The notes under the pieces: generated by a model
What the model saw: only the letters and a program-made list of their open reading frames with translations
What the model was told of the DNA's origin: nothing
Databases searched by the model: none
Shown: piece by piece, positions 36,025 through 44,474 of the stretch
Layout: the number at the start of each line of letters is the position of its first letter
How positions within the stretch are numbered: the first letter of the stretch is position 1
Program-made: the position numbers and the translations under genes
Origin: a virus
IMG/VR virus record: IMGVR_UViG_3300025809_000014
Coordinates: 1-64,000 of that record
Strand: one strand, 5' to 3'
DNA: 64,000 nt

Positions 36025-37983
36025 TTAAAATAGATTTAATTGATTAGGCACTACTGTATTTTTCTTGCGCTTTCCCTTAGTAAGAATCTTTACTATCATA
36101 CTTTCTGCTTGATCTATATAGTATTTGTAGTTTATATTATCTACTGAAGAACCTTTCTCTAGATAATTACAAACGTGACACACCCATTCACCAGCTTCCA
36201 CCTGACTTCTCTTAGCAGCCTTGCTATCAGAGTTGTGCTTCTTTACCTTGTAAACCTTCTCACCAACTTTAGCTACATAGTACCTAATTAGTTTATTATA
36301 CTTATTTGTAGTATTATTCACCTTATCAATACCTTCGTAATGAAAGTCTCTAGATGCTTTCTTCCTGATACAGAAATCATACAAATTCTTATGATTCATA
36401 ATAGTATCTTTAACAGGAGTACCGTGCACATAGTACTGCTCAAGAGCAATGGGAACTATTCTAGCAGACTTGTTCTTGTGTAGTTCAAAGTCTGTAAGAA
36501 AGTCCCCCTTTTTCTTGACATAACCATCAGGCATGATGGCCAGGTAGTCATTAACAGTGGAAAACAAGATCTTTGTATAGTCTGTACGTTCTAGTACATA
36601 CTGTGTGGTCTTACACCACCAGTCATTGATCTCATGCATCTTAGGAATCAAGTCTTTTCTCACTTTAACTGTTACACCGTCTGTGTTAGCAGATATAATC
36701 TTGATATCATTAAGCTCATACTTCTCAATAAGCATCATTAGACTAAACTCACCAGTTATAGTGGTGAACATAGTTAACTGCCTATCATATATCCATGAGT
36801 TCATGTCAGATGATTTACCGTACACAGAATTGACTGCAAGTTTAAGTGCTCCTACAATTCCTTTAATCCTCCTGTCACCCTTAGCTTGTGGTTTAAGCTC
36901 TAGTCGTTTCTCAAACATACGTTTGTATCCATTCAAGAACTCTTTACCCAGGTGAGCAGGATATTTCTCATTGTTAATTATTATAGCAGGATAATAGCTA
37001 GCTACATCCCAATCTATAATCTCATGATCTTCATCTTCTTCAAACACTTCTGGTTTGTTTTCTGTATGAAGACCGCCTTTCATAAAAGAATACACATTAT
37101 CATAGAAATGCACGTGCTCTTTGAAGTTATCCATGAGTCCTAGCTTACGCTTCTTAACACTGCTTAACAGGTCTTGTAGCTGCTTGGTCTCAAACTTAAC
37201 GTAGTGAGCAATACAATTCTTCATATTGATACTCTTCCTAAAATATCCTTTACGTGGAAGCTCACGTATATCTATACCCCTTTCTTGACAGTAATACTTC
37301 TTGATGATCTCATCACCAATCTTACTATCAGAGTAATTAAGACAGCTTATACCAAACTCCTCTTCTATATCTCTACGAAGCTGCACTTGATTGTTACCCT
37401 TGTATAATGGGTGCTCTGTCTCACCTATGGTAATCTTATAGAACTCATAAGTTGCATCAACATCATTAAAACAATACTGCAATGACAAGAACACTTCATC
37501 CTTGGTCATGTTTGTCTTAGTGTGATGTATAGGCATCTCTTCAATGTTCTCAAGATCCATTTCAAACTCTAACCTCTTCAGGCTAACACGTCTGTTCTTA
37601 TTGTCATAGTGGTGTATCTTAAACAAATCCATTTGCTTTAGAGAAAGCTCGTGCTCTCTGTACTCTGCAAACACATCATAATTAGCATCATGTATGACAT
37701 CTTGGGCCTTCTGTGCAATCTTAGCACATATCTCTAGTCCAGTTAAATCATGCCAATGCTCATAGTTTCTAAGAATCCACTCAACAACCTGACTGTCAAA
37801 GCGTAGATTATTATAACCTACCCAATACACATCCTTGTTATCTTCAGTGTACTTAACAAATGCATCAAGCTGATTCTGCCACTTACTAACTGTAAAGCTC
37901 TTAGGTGTGCTCTCAGGCTTCATGCATACAACTATAAAGCATTCCTGCATAGTTTCTATGTCATATATAATTACATCATTCAT
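36025..37983 (-). CDS. DNA polymerase family B (crAss-like) with 3'-5' exonuclease
   Basis: YDIET, GYNNLRFD, YCFNDV, DWDVASYYP, KLAVNSVYGK, ANTDGV, VNDY. Confidence 0.92.
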   Translation of the reverse strand: MNDVIIYDIETMQECFIVVCMKPESTPKSFTVSKWQNQLDAFVKYTEDNKDVYWVGYNNLRFDSQVVEWILRNYEHWHDLTGLEICAKIAQKAQDVIHDANYDVFAEYREHELSLKQMDLFKIHHYDNKNRRVSLKRLEFEMDLENIEEMPIHHTKTNMTKDEVFLSLQYCFNDVDATYEFYKITIGETEHPLYKGNNQVQLRRDIEEEFGISCLNYSDSKIGDEIIKKYYCQERGIDIRELPRKGYFRKSINMKNCIAHYVKFETKQLQDLLSSVKKRKLGLMDNFKEHVHFYDNVYSFMKGGLHTENKPEVFEEDEDHEIIDWDVASYYPAIIINNEKYPAHLGKEFLNGYKRMFEKRLELKPQAKGDRRIKGIVGALKLAVNSVYGKSSDMNSWIYDRQLTMFTTITGEFSLMMLIEKYELNDIKIISANTDGVTVKVRKDLIPKMHEINDWWCKTTQYVLERTDYTKILFSTVNDYLAIMPDGYVKKKGDFLTDFELHKNKSARIVPIALEQYYVHGTPVKDTIMNHKNLYDFCIRKKASRDFHYEGIDKVNNTTNKYNKLIRYYVAKVGEKVYKVKKHNSDSKAAKRSQVEAGEWVCHVCNYLEKGSSVDNINYKYYIDQAESMIVKILTKGKRKKNTVVPNQLNLF

Positions 37984-38173
37984 TCTCTGTCTTTTTTAAA
38001 TCTTTCCACTCTAAATAAAATCCAATTGCTACAATAACATTCATGCCTACACTACTGAGTATTTCGTATAGGTCATGAAAGTTATGTATAGACAAATGCA
38101 CATGTCCAACCACCCAGAAAGGTATAGCCAAGTTGCCTGCTACCCATCTAATTAAAAAGGTTATAAACTTCAT
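37976..38173 (-). CDS. Small membrane protein
   Basis: Two hydrophobic segments; -7 box TACTTTTG at 38195-38202. Confidence 0.6.
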   Translation of the reverse strand: MKFITFLIRWVAGNLAIPFWVVGHVHLSIHNFHDLYEILSSVGMNVIVAIGFYLEWKDLKKTENE

Positions 38174-38217
38174 ACTAAGTTATTGGTGAGCTTACAAAAG
38201 TAATCAATTTAATGAGA

Positions 38218-38793
38218 TTACCAAATAGAAAATCCACCAGAATTTCTAAGAAAGTTAATAAACTCCTTAATCATCCACAATGGTGTACCGTGTGAAGGAT
38301 AGTAGACATTACCATCATTACTAACAACACTAGTAAACATAATTGTACCATAAGGATAATCTTCGTTAAGTTTATCTGTTAAGTCATCATCAAGTAAACC
38401 TTGACTTCCTGATTGACTCCAAGAATTCATGTTACAATAGATTTGATCGTCAGGATCTTTTAAATTATCTTCTTCATCAACAACTTTTTCTAGTGCATCT
38501 GCCATAGCATTACACTCTTGCCAGTTTTCTAACCCCAATCCATCATTACCCATCCATGAATCAAAGTCAAAATTGAGTTCATATTGTTCTGCTGCATGTT
38601 TACATAACATAACTATTGGTCTCCAAGACCACCAATTACTTCTAAAGTAATAACCAGGATTCTTATCTTCCCACTTTTCTAGTGCATCCCAGTACTCTTT
38701 CTTTTGATCTTCAGTAATACTATCATCACTGTAATCAATCTCAGGCCTTTTACCTGTTAACTTTGGCGATTTGCCATAAATATCTACTCCCAT
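38218..38793 (-). CDS. Conserved-type hypothetical phage protein
   Basis: MG.DIY...GYYFRSNWWSWRP...EFINFLRNSGGFSIW. Confidence 0.7.
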   Translation of the reverse strand: MGVDIYGKSPKLTGKRPEIDYSDDSITEDQKKEYWDALEKWEDKNPGYYFRSNWWSWRPIVMLCKHAAEQYELNFDFDSWMGNDGLGLENWQECNAMADALEKVVDEEDNLKDPDDQIYCNMNSWSQSGSQGLLDDDLTDKLNEDYPYGTIMFTSVVSNDGNVYYPSHGTPLWMIKEFINFLRNSGGFSIW

Positions 38794-38795
38794 AA

Positions 38796-38900
38796 TTATT
38801 CTTCGTTTTCTTCGTTAAACTCTGCATGCTCTTTACAATCAGAGCATCTGTCTGTGTCATACCACCTTGATGCGCCACAGCAATTACTTAATTCTTCCAT
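38796..38900 (-). CDS. 34-aa Cys microprotein (MEELSNCCGASRWYDTDRCSDCKEHAEF...)
   Basis: Read from the sequence; SNCCGA...CSDCKEH Zn-binding pattern; fills the intergenic gap. Confidence 0.65.
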   Translation of the reverse strand: MEELSNCCGASRWYDTDRCSDCKEHAEFNEENEE

Positions 38901-38902
38901 AA

Positions 38903-39364
38903 TTATTCTTCTTCTAAATATAATTCATCATCGTTATCATCTAAAAACTTCATTATAACCTTACCATCATCTAGTACAGGTACAGTGAGTCCTTGTTCGT
39001 ATTCATCTTCATCAACAAATACTTCAAGTAATCCATCAAACTCTCTCATTATAAAGTTCATCTCTTTGACACCAAAGTCTATAAGATTAACTGATACATC
39101 ACCTGGATCAAACAGACCTATCTCTTCAGGTGTTGATACAACTTTACCGTCTAAGTCTAATAAATATGGATAAACAGGAAATCCGTTCTCCATGTACATT
39201 ATTTCTGGTGTAACTTGCTCGTGTATTGATTCTTCAGTAAGCTCAAATACTTCTACGTGCTCTCTTTCTTCACTACCAGGATACAAATGATTCATGAACA
39301 GCATACCTGCTCTTAACTCTTCTGCATCATAGTGACGAAAGTGTAGTTCTACAGCCACAAACAT
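38903..39364 (-). CDS. Acidic hypothetical protein
   Basis: 153-aa D/E-rich ORF. Confidence 0.65.
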   Translation of the reverse strand: MFVAVELHFRHYDAEELRAGMLFMNHLYPGSEEREHVEVFELTEESIHEQVTPEIMYMENGFPVYPYLLDLDGKVVSTPEEIGLFDPGDVSVNLIDFGVKEMNFIMREFDGLLEVFVDEDEYEQGLTVPVLDDGKVIMKFLDDNDDELYLEEE

Positions 39365-39537
39365 TAGACAAATCTTACACTACTACCATGTTTAGTGAAC
39401 TTTGTGCCACAATTGTCACATGATCCCTCATTAGTAATAAAATTAAACTTAATACCCCCTTTAAAACACGCTGGGCACATAACGTGAGGCTGCTTGTTGC
39501 TAGCCATTTCATCTGGTAATCTTTTTTGTCCTTCCAT
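39364..39537 (-). CDS. 57-aa Zn-ribbon protein (CPAC...CDNC)
   Basis: Read from the sequence; TAATG-coupled. Confidence 0.6.
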   Translation of the reverse strand: MEGQKRLPDEMASNKQPHVMCPACFKGGIKFNFITNEGSCDNCGTKFTKHGSSVRFV

Positions 39538-39539
39538 TT

Positions 39540-39908
39540 TTATCTATTTAATAGTTCTTTTCTCTTTATTAATTCACTCTCAACACACTTTGGACATCTG
39601 CTTACATTATCATATGCCCATTTTAAGTATTGTAGTGGTATATCTCTCATTGGTACATTCTTATGTTTACCAAAGTTTAATGTTTTACCATCTTCTGTTT
39701 TAGATTTGTGTACAACAGATCTATATCTTTTTGATCCACCTAATGTAAATTTAAGCTTCTTACCTCTTTCAGTAATCACTTCTTCTTTTTTCCTAATACT
39801 TCTAGTAACTAAAGAATAAGGTATATTGAAGTAACTAGCTGCTAGATTCTTAGAATGAAATGACTGTCCAGTGTTCCATTCTATTACACTTATATTTAAA
39901 GGAGACAT
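39540..39908 (-). CDS. NUMOD1-like HTH plus DUF3820-like domain protein
   Basis: F.S..LAA.YFNI; LNFGKHKNVPMRDIPLQYLKW. Confidence 0.65.
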   Translation of the reverse strand: MSPLNISVIEWNTGQSFHSKNLAASYFNIPYSLVTRSIRKKEEVITERGKKLKFTLGGSKRYRSVVHKSKTEDGKTLNFGKHKNVPMRDIPLQYLKWAYDNVSRCPKCVESELIKRKELLNR

Positions 39909-40129
39909 ACCTCAACCCATCCTTTCTCAGAGTGGTTTGCATCTGCAACATAACCATCATCTTTTAGTTGTTGTTCTAATTCTAAAGCTGCTTTCCATAG
40001 CCCTGGTTCAGGTATCTCATCATGTTCATCATCATAATAAACATCACCACGACACTGATAGAATCTATCATCTGGTCCTTGATCTATAAATTCAAACTCA
40101 TAACCTTTTACTCTTCTGTAACTTTCCAT
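39896..40129 (-). CDS. Hypothetical protein
   Basis: 77-aa ORF. Confidence 0.6.
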   Translation of the reverse strand: MESYRRVKGYEFEFIDQGPDDRFYQCRGDVYYDDEHDEIPEPGLWKAALELEQQLKDDGYVADANHSEKGWVEVCLL

Positions 40130-40136
40130 TTTTTAT

Positions 40137-40286
40137 CTATGTTTTTAATATTTCATAAGTTATCATACCAAGCATGAGGATTAGCATAAATATAATAATA
40201 TATAAACACCCACTTGCATTACGTTGGTAATGTTCTCTTGTTCTTCCTTGACTTTCCATGAAGTCCCATTCTTTATGTCTACTCAT
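40137..40286 (-). CDS. 49-aa membrane microprotein (MSRHKEWDFMESQGRT...)
   Basis: Read from the sequence; C-terminal TM helix; ATGA-coupled. Confidence 0.55.
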   Translation of the reverse strand: MSRHKEWDFMESQGRTREHYQRNASGCLYIIIFMLILMLGMITYEILKT

Positions 40287-40426
40287 CTCTTAAAAAGTTT
40301 ACGTTTAACTCTGCTCCACCACGTAATGTGTAAGTATTCAGCTTCTGTGAATACATGTACATGGTTCTTTTTGTCTATAATACAGTGTAATCCTGTTGGA
40401 AGTACTATATGTCTTTTAATAATCAT
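40283..40426 (-). CDS. 47-aa hypothetical protein (MIIKRHIVLPTGLHC...)
   Basis: Read from the sequence; overlaps both neighbours. Confidence 0.55.
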   Translation of the reverse strand: MIIKRHIVLPTGLHCIIDKKNHVHVFTEAEYLHITWWSRVKRKLFKR

Positions 40427-40664
40427 GCTCGTAGTATTTATTTAAGATTAATCTTTCTATCTCTCCTATTGTATCATAATGTAGAATGCCAATGATATCT
40501 TGGCCTCCACATGATATAATATGTGATTCAAACTCTGCAGGTGCTCCTGGATAACCAGCCATATCTGCGTCATACATCACTTGCTTCTCCTCTGGTGCAT
40601 AAAAACCAGTGACATTGAGTACAACATTGTCATACTCAATCTCATGTGTGGTTCCATTAGCCAT
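40416..40664 (-). CDS. Hypothetical protein
   Basis: 82 aa with a GYPGAPAEFE motif. Confidence 0.65.
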   Translation of the reverse strand: MANGTTHEIEYDNVVLNVTGFYAPEEKQVMYDADMAGYPGAPAEFESHIISCGGQDIIGILHYDTIGEIERLILNKYYEHDY

Positions 40665-40665
40665 A

Positions 40666-40812
40666 TCAATAGCCTATTTGTTCTAGCGCTTCATCTTCTG
40701 CTTCTACTGTATACATAGTATTAGCAATGTTGCACATAAATAGCACTCCAAACATGAATGCTGCTTTTCTAAATCTGTAAAACTCCGTGGGTGTTAATTT
40801 AATTTTTCTCAT
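40666..40812 (-). CDS. 48-aa hypothetical protein (MRKIKLTPTEFYRFRK...)
   Basis: Read from the sequence; A-rich leader. Confidence 0.55.
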   Translation of the reverse strand: MRKIKLTPTEFYRFRKAAFMFGVLFMCNIANTMYTVEAEDEALEQIGY

Positions 40813-40847
40813 TTTGTATTTATTAATGGTTCAACTTATTTATTAAT

Positions 40848-41121
40848 TAATAACAATCATTCAGGTTTTAACGCATAACCTTATTCCCCTGATATACTTT
40901 GCTCACTCAACCTCATACTTCGTGAGGTATCTACCCTTGTTCTACAAGTGAGTTTATCATTGTTATTATAATATACTTAGAGTGCTTATCCATTGTTGGC
41001 TGACACTATTTCAGAATAGTCAGTGGTATTGCTTGACTCATTTCTCTAAGTATAAGAACTATCATCTGCTCTCCTGCAGCGTTGAGGTTATCTAGAAACC
41101 AAGATTGTTAGTCTAGTTCTT
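40848..41121 (-). ncRNA. Candidate structured RNA of three abutting domains (strand assumed from flanking genes)
   Basis: Perfect closing inverted repeats of 10, 11 and 7-8 bp, each enclosing further hairpins; fills the intergenic space. Confidence 0.5.
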
Positions 41122-41247
41122 TTTCTCTTTCTCTTTCTTTGCTTCTTCATAACACTGTTGACAAGTATGAACCTCGTCACAAGTGCATGTTAGCTCAGGA
41201 GATATCTTATAGAGCTCCCAAGCAAACTGTGCATCTTCAAAGAACAT
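41113..41247 (-). CDS. 44-aa Cys microprotein (MFFEDAQ...CTCDEVHTCQQC...)
   Basis: Read from the sequence; TAATG-coupled. Confidence 0.55.
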   Translation of the reverse strand: MFFEDAQFAWELYKISPELTCTCDEVHTCQQCYEEAKKEKEKKN

Positions 41248-41534
41248 TAGCACCAGTCTTTATAAGTGCAAAGAGTTCTCATTGATATATTTGGATACAT
41301 TAGTTTGATTTCATCTAATGTTCTATCATCAACGTTAACTAATTCAATTTCATAACTATCATTAGTACTAATATCATTAAAGGTTATAGAACCTAACTTA
41401 TTAGTCAAGAAGTTCATAATTCCCTGATGAATAAGATCAGCTATATGAAAAGCTTTGAAGTGATCTCCTTCTGCTCTATCCATGTATGTATGTGGATATA
41501 CTTTAATTGTATTTATCATAATGTTGTAGTACAA
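41247..41534 (-). CDS. Hypothetical protein
   Basis: 95-aa ORF; true start possibly at the second Met. Confidence 0.55.
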   Translation of the reverse strand: MYYNIMINTIKVYPHTYMDRAEGDHFKAFHIADLIHQGIMNFLTNKLGSITFNDISTNDSYEIELVNVDDRTLDEIKLMYPNISMRTLCTYKDWC

Positions 41535-41772
41535 TGCTCTTCAGCTTTAGAGCTCCCTAACTTAATATAAGCATAGAGAGAAAGTTATTAGGTGTTAGTA
41601 TAAGTGTAGCATGTTAATGCTATATTTATTTATTATACTATGAGGATTATAAGAGGTGGTAAAAAGTGGATAAAAGTGGATACTGTGTACACGTCCGTTC
41701 TGTTACATACACAAAACACACGTAAGTTTACGTTTTTTAAGGCCCACCCTTGCTTATTCCCACCCTATATAT

Positions 41773-41803
41773 AAAAGAGAGAGCTGTTACACTCTCTCCT
41801 TTT
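41773..41803 (-). terminator. Intrinsic terminator, possibly bidirectional
   Basis: GAGAGAG/CTCTCTC stem flanked by A4 and T4, just after the stop of 41816..42226. Confidence 0.7.
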
Positions 41804-41815
41804 AAGGATTGTTGC

Positions 41816-42226
41816 TTAGAAAGCAACCAAATCAGATGGTTCAAATGTTTCAGGCACGTACTCAGCAACTTCAGTGATTGCACCTGCATTGATTAAGCCT
41901 TGACCATCAGGCATTGCTATCATTGCTAATACTAATCCTGCATTAGCGTACTCTTCTCCAACAACATGCTCAATGATTGGAAAGCCTGCAAGTTGTGACA
42001 TTGTAATGGTCTTGTTTCTTACACCACTACCAACTGCAGGTGAGCAGTTAATACCAAAGCTTGTACCATCAGGTCTTTCTAATACAACGTGCAAACGCTT
42101 AGTCGGATGGTTAAAGTTGTTCTTCGTAAAGTTAATTGTTGCACCAGGCCCTGCAATCTTTGCTACTGTTCCTAATACTTTTCTTTCTACAGCAGTTCTC
42201 TGCTCAAATTTAATTAAGTTTTCCAT
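41816..42226 (-). CDS. Hypothetical protein; first gene of the leftward (early) block
   Basis: 136-aa ORF with a strong A-rich leader and its own terminator. Confidence 0.7.
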   Translation of the reverse strand: MENLIKFEQRTAVERKVLGTVAKIAGPGATINFTKNNFNHPTKRLHVVLERPDGTSFGINCSPAVGSGVRNKTITMSQLAGFPIIEHVVGEEYANAGLVLAMIAMPDGQGLINAGAITEVAEYVPETFEPSDLVAF

Positions 42227-42372
42227 TTTGTTTCTGTTTTTAATGGATTAATATTTGTCATAGGGGGCTACCCCAATGCTCCAATTTTTACGTGGGGTCT
42301 CTGAGGGGGAGGGGTCTCCTATGTTACACACACGATGGGGTGGGGCGTTTTTAAAAAAAAGTTTTCAGAAAA

Positions 42373-42405
42373 TTTGGTTGGCATCACAAAAATGTTATAC
42401 CTTTG
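42373..42405 (+). promoter_or_regulatory. Bacteroidota-type promoter at the strand switch
   Basis: TTTG-N21-TACCTTTG. Confidence 0.6.
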
Positions 42406-42523
42406 GAGGGTGGGTGGGTTTAGTTAATACCACTTATAAAGTTCCAAGAAAGGAAAAAAAGAAATGTTAGACATAATATAGCATTGAAAAACAAAGAGAT
42501 GTAGAACATTAAAATATTTATTG

Positions 42524-42531
42524 TATATTTG
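42524..42531 (+). promoter_or_regulatory. -7 box (TATATTTG) for the packaging/structural block
   Basis: About 35 nt upstream of ATG 42566. Confidence 0.55.
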
Positions 42532-42565
42532 TGATGTACATATGTATAATAAGAATAACTAAATC

Positions 42566-43024
42566 ATGGAAGAAAGAAAGATAGTCATACAAAAGCTACA
42601 GAAAAGCTTAAGTGATGAATATGCTATAGCTCAAAAGTATTATTCTATACTATCAGCTATAAACAATCTTGGTCTTACTAAACGTGAGATTGAGTTAGTA
42701 GCATTTACAGCTGTCAAGGGTACAATATCTTATGCTAATGCAAGAACACAATTTTGTGATAAGTACAAAACAACAACAGCAACAATCAATAACATTGTAT
42801 CTAAGCTCAAGAAGATAGGTATATTTGTAAAGGAGTCAGGTAAGGTGAAGGTTAATCCCATCATCGTTTTAGACTTCAAAAAAAATTTAAACTTAGTAGT
42901 AAAGATAGTGCACTATGAAGAAACCGAAAGACATGACACTCAGAGAGTGGATAGTAAGGAAGATGTCAACAAAGGTGGTGATATCAGAAAGAGTGATAAA
43001 CCAAGTGATAACACACCAATTTGA
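42566..43024 (+). CDS. Winged-helix DNA-binding protein
   Basis: LTKREIELV...TINNIVSKLKKIGIF.K...VNP. Confidence 0.65.
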   Translation: MEERKIVIQKLQKSLSDEYAIAQKYYSILSAINNLGLTKREIELVAFTAVKGTISYANARTQFCDKYKTTTATINNIVSKLKKIGIFVKESGKVKVNPIIVLDFKKNLNLVVKIVHYEETERHDTQRVDSKEDVNKGGDIRKSDKPSDNTPI

Positions 43025-43280
43025 TGGTCTTCATGATGCTTTAAAAACAAACAATAGTGTAGAACTTTCTGGGTTTGGTAAGTTTTTATTCAATAAGAAG
43101 AAAGCAAAGAAACATGTAAGTAAACTTGAAAAGATTAAACTTGGATACGAAAAGGTGATAGCAGATGAGAGCACCCCAGAAAAAAAATTAAATTTTATAA
43201 AGAGTAAACTAAGTAGACTAAACCTAACATTGATGTCATTAAAACCAAAACTAGATGATCAAGATAAAGGAAATATATGA
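42915..43280 (+). CDS. HU/IHF-like DNA-binding protein
   Basis: IN.VI...F...AL.....VELSGFGKF. Confidence 0.7.
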   Translation: MKKPKDMTLREWIVRKMSTKVVISERVINQVITHQFDGLHDALKTNNSVELSGFGKFLFNKKKAKKHVSKLEKIKLGYEKVIADESTPEKKLNFIKSKLSRLNLTLMSLKPKLDDQDKGNI

Positions 43281-43554
43281 AGGTTGGAGAAATAACCTTT
43301 TACCTCCAGAGAAACTAAAGGAGCAGATAGCTGTGGTGAGTGCAGATCGCCTAGCAATATGTAATGAATGCGAAAATCATTCTAAGAATCACTCCAATAT
43401 ACGACCAGATGCACACTGTATGGCTTGTGGTTGTACACTCTCTGCAAAGAGTAAATGTTTATCATGCTCTTGCCCTATCGAAAAATGGAAAGCTGTATTA
43501 ACAGAGAATGAAGAACACGAATATAACAAACATGAAGCATCTAAAGTTAAATAA
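43255..43554 (+). CDS. Cys-rich Zn-binding protein
   Basis: R.AICNEC, CMACGC.L.AK, C..CSCP..KW. Confidence 0.7.
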   Translation: MIKIKEIYEGWRNNLLPPEKLKEQIAVVSADRLAICNECENHSKNHSNIRPDAHCMACGCTLSAKSKCLSCSCPIEKWKAVLTENEEHEYNKHEASKVK

Positions 43555-43804
43555 AATACCAGTGACATCACTTATTCATGTACTAACTAAGTTATATGAA
43601 GAAGGAGCAGACTTTATTGATATAGAAGGAGAACCAAGAGAGGATTCAGAAAATGATGTAATAAAAGTTACAGTTAGACCTGAATATTATGATGGTGAAT
43701 CAAAAACAGAAGAAACAGATCCAGAATATTTATTTACAGAAGTTAAACCACCTGAGGAAGATATAAACCCTATATCTGATGAAGACATAAATGATCTGAT
43801 ATAA
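43508..43804 (+). CDS. Acidic hypothetical protein
   Basis: Track ORF; true start probably MKHLKL. Confidence 0.6.
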   Translation: MKNTNITNMKHLKLNKIPVTSLIHVLTKLYEEGADFIDIEGEPREDSENDVIKVTVRPEYYDGESKTEETDPEYLFTEVKPPEEDINPISDEDINDLI

Positions 43805-43806
43805 AC

Positions 43807-44088
43807 ATGAGTGCAACATATTACCACAAAATAACTAAATTACTAGCAGAACTTAAAAGAGATCATCCCTCTCTAAGTCTAGGAAAACACTTAGCTACAT
43901 CATTCGATGGTCTAGAAACTAAGTATTTATGGGGATTAACAGATAAGAACCTATATCACACATTACAAAAATATCAAATTAGTATAGATATGGATGTACC
44001 TCATGATGAGTCTGAGATAGATAAGATACTACGAGATGGTATGAGAATCAGTAACATTCATGAATTAAATGACGATGATGGATACTAA
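43807..44088 (+). CDS. Hypothetical protein
   Basis: 93-aa ORF. Confidence 0.6.
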   Translation: MSATYYHKITKLLAELKRDHPSLSLGKHLATSFDGLETKYLWGLTDKNLYHTLQKYQISIDMDVPHDESEIDKILRDGMRISNIHELNDDDGY

Positions 44089-44117
44089 TAGTAATCTCAT
44101 CTTCATATATTGGGAAG

Positions 44118-44474
44118 ATGGGTGGAATGAACAAAATACAAATGGCAAAGAAAACTACATACATAAACGCTGAGCTTGATTGGGCAGAACAACAACTACT
44201 TTCTTGGAAAGAGTATGTTGATGCTAATCCATTACATAAGCTTGAAGATAGGGTGAAATACAAAGAAACATCAAATGGAGGACAAATTCCAATGGTTGTT
44301 GCAAGTATTGAGTCCCAAGGTAAATTTGTTCAAGATACAATGAAAAACTACCTATCTCTATTAGAACAAGTTGATAAACTACGTGAGAAAGAAGAAAAGA
44401 AGAAAATAGAAACAAGAGGTGGTCAAGAATTAGGATCTATGGCTGAAGAGTTTATCAAGAGTAGAAAAGAATGA
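44118..44474 (+). CDS. Terminase small subunit candidate
   Basis: Helical protein ATGA-coupled to TerL; start probably MAKK. Confidence 0.45.
   Translation: MGGMNKIQMAKKTTYINAELDWAEQQLLSWKEYVDANPLHKLEDRVKYKETSNGGQIPMVVASIESQGKFVQDTMKNYLSLLEQVDKLREKEEKKKIETRGGQELGSMAEEFIKSRKE

Noticed and set aside
40848-41121. Hammerhead or HDV-like ribozyme assignment for the structured region
   Set aside because: CTGAATGA does not fit CUGANGA with a correctly placed GAAA, and no HDV P1/P2 pseudoknot pairing could be built; left unassigned.
42276-42470. 64-aa + strand track ORF at the strand switch
   Set aside because: It overlaps the G-tract island and a promoter, has atypical composition and lacks an A-rich leader; likely non-coding.
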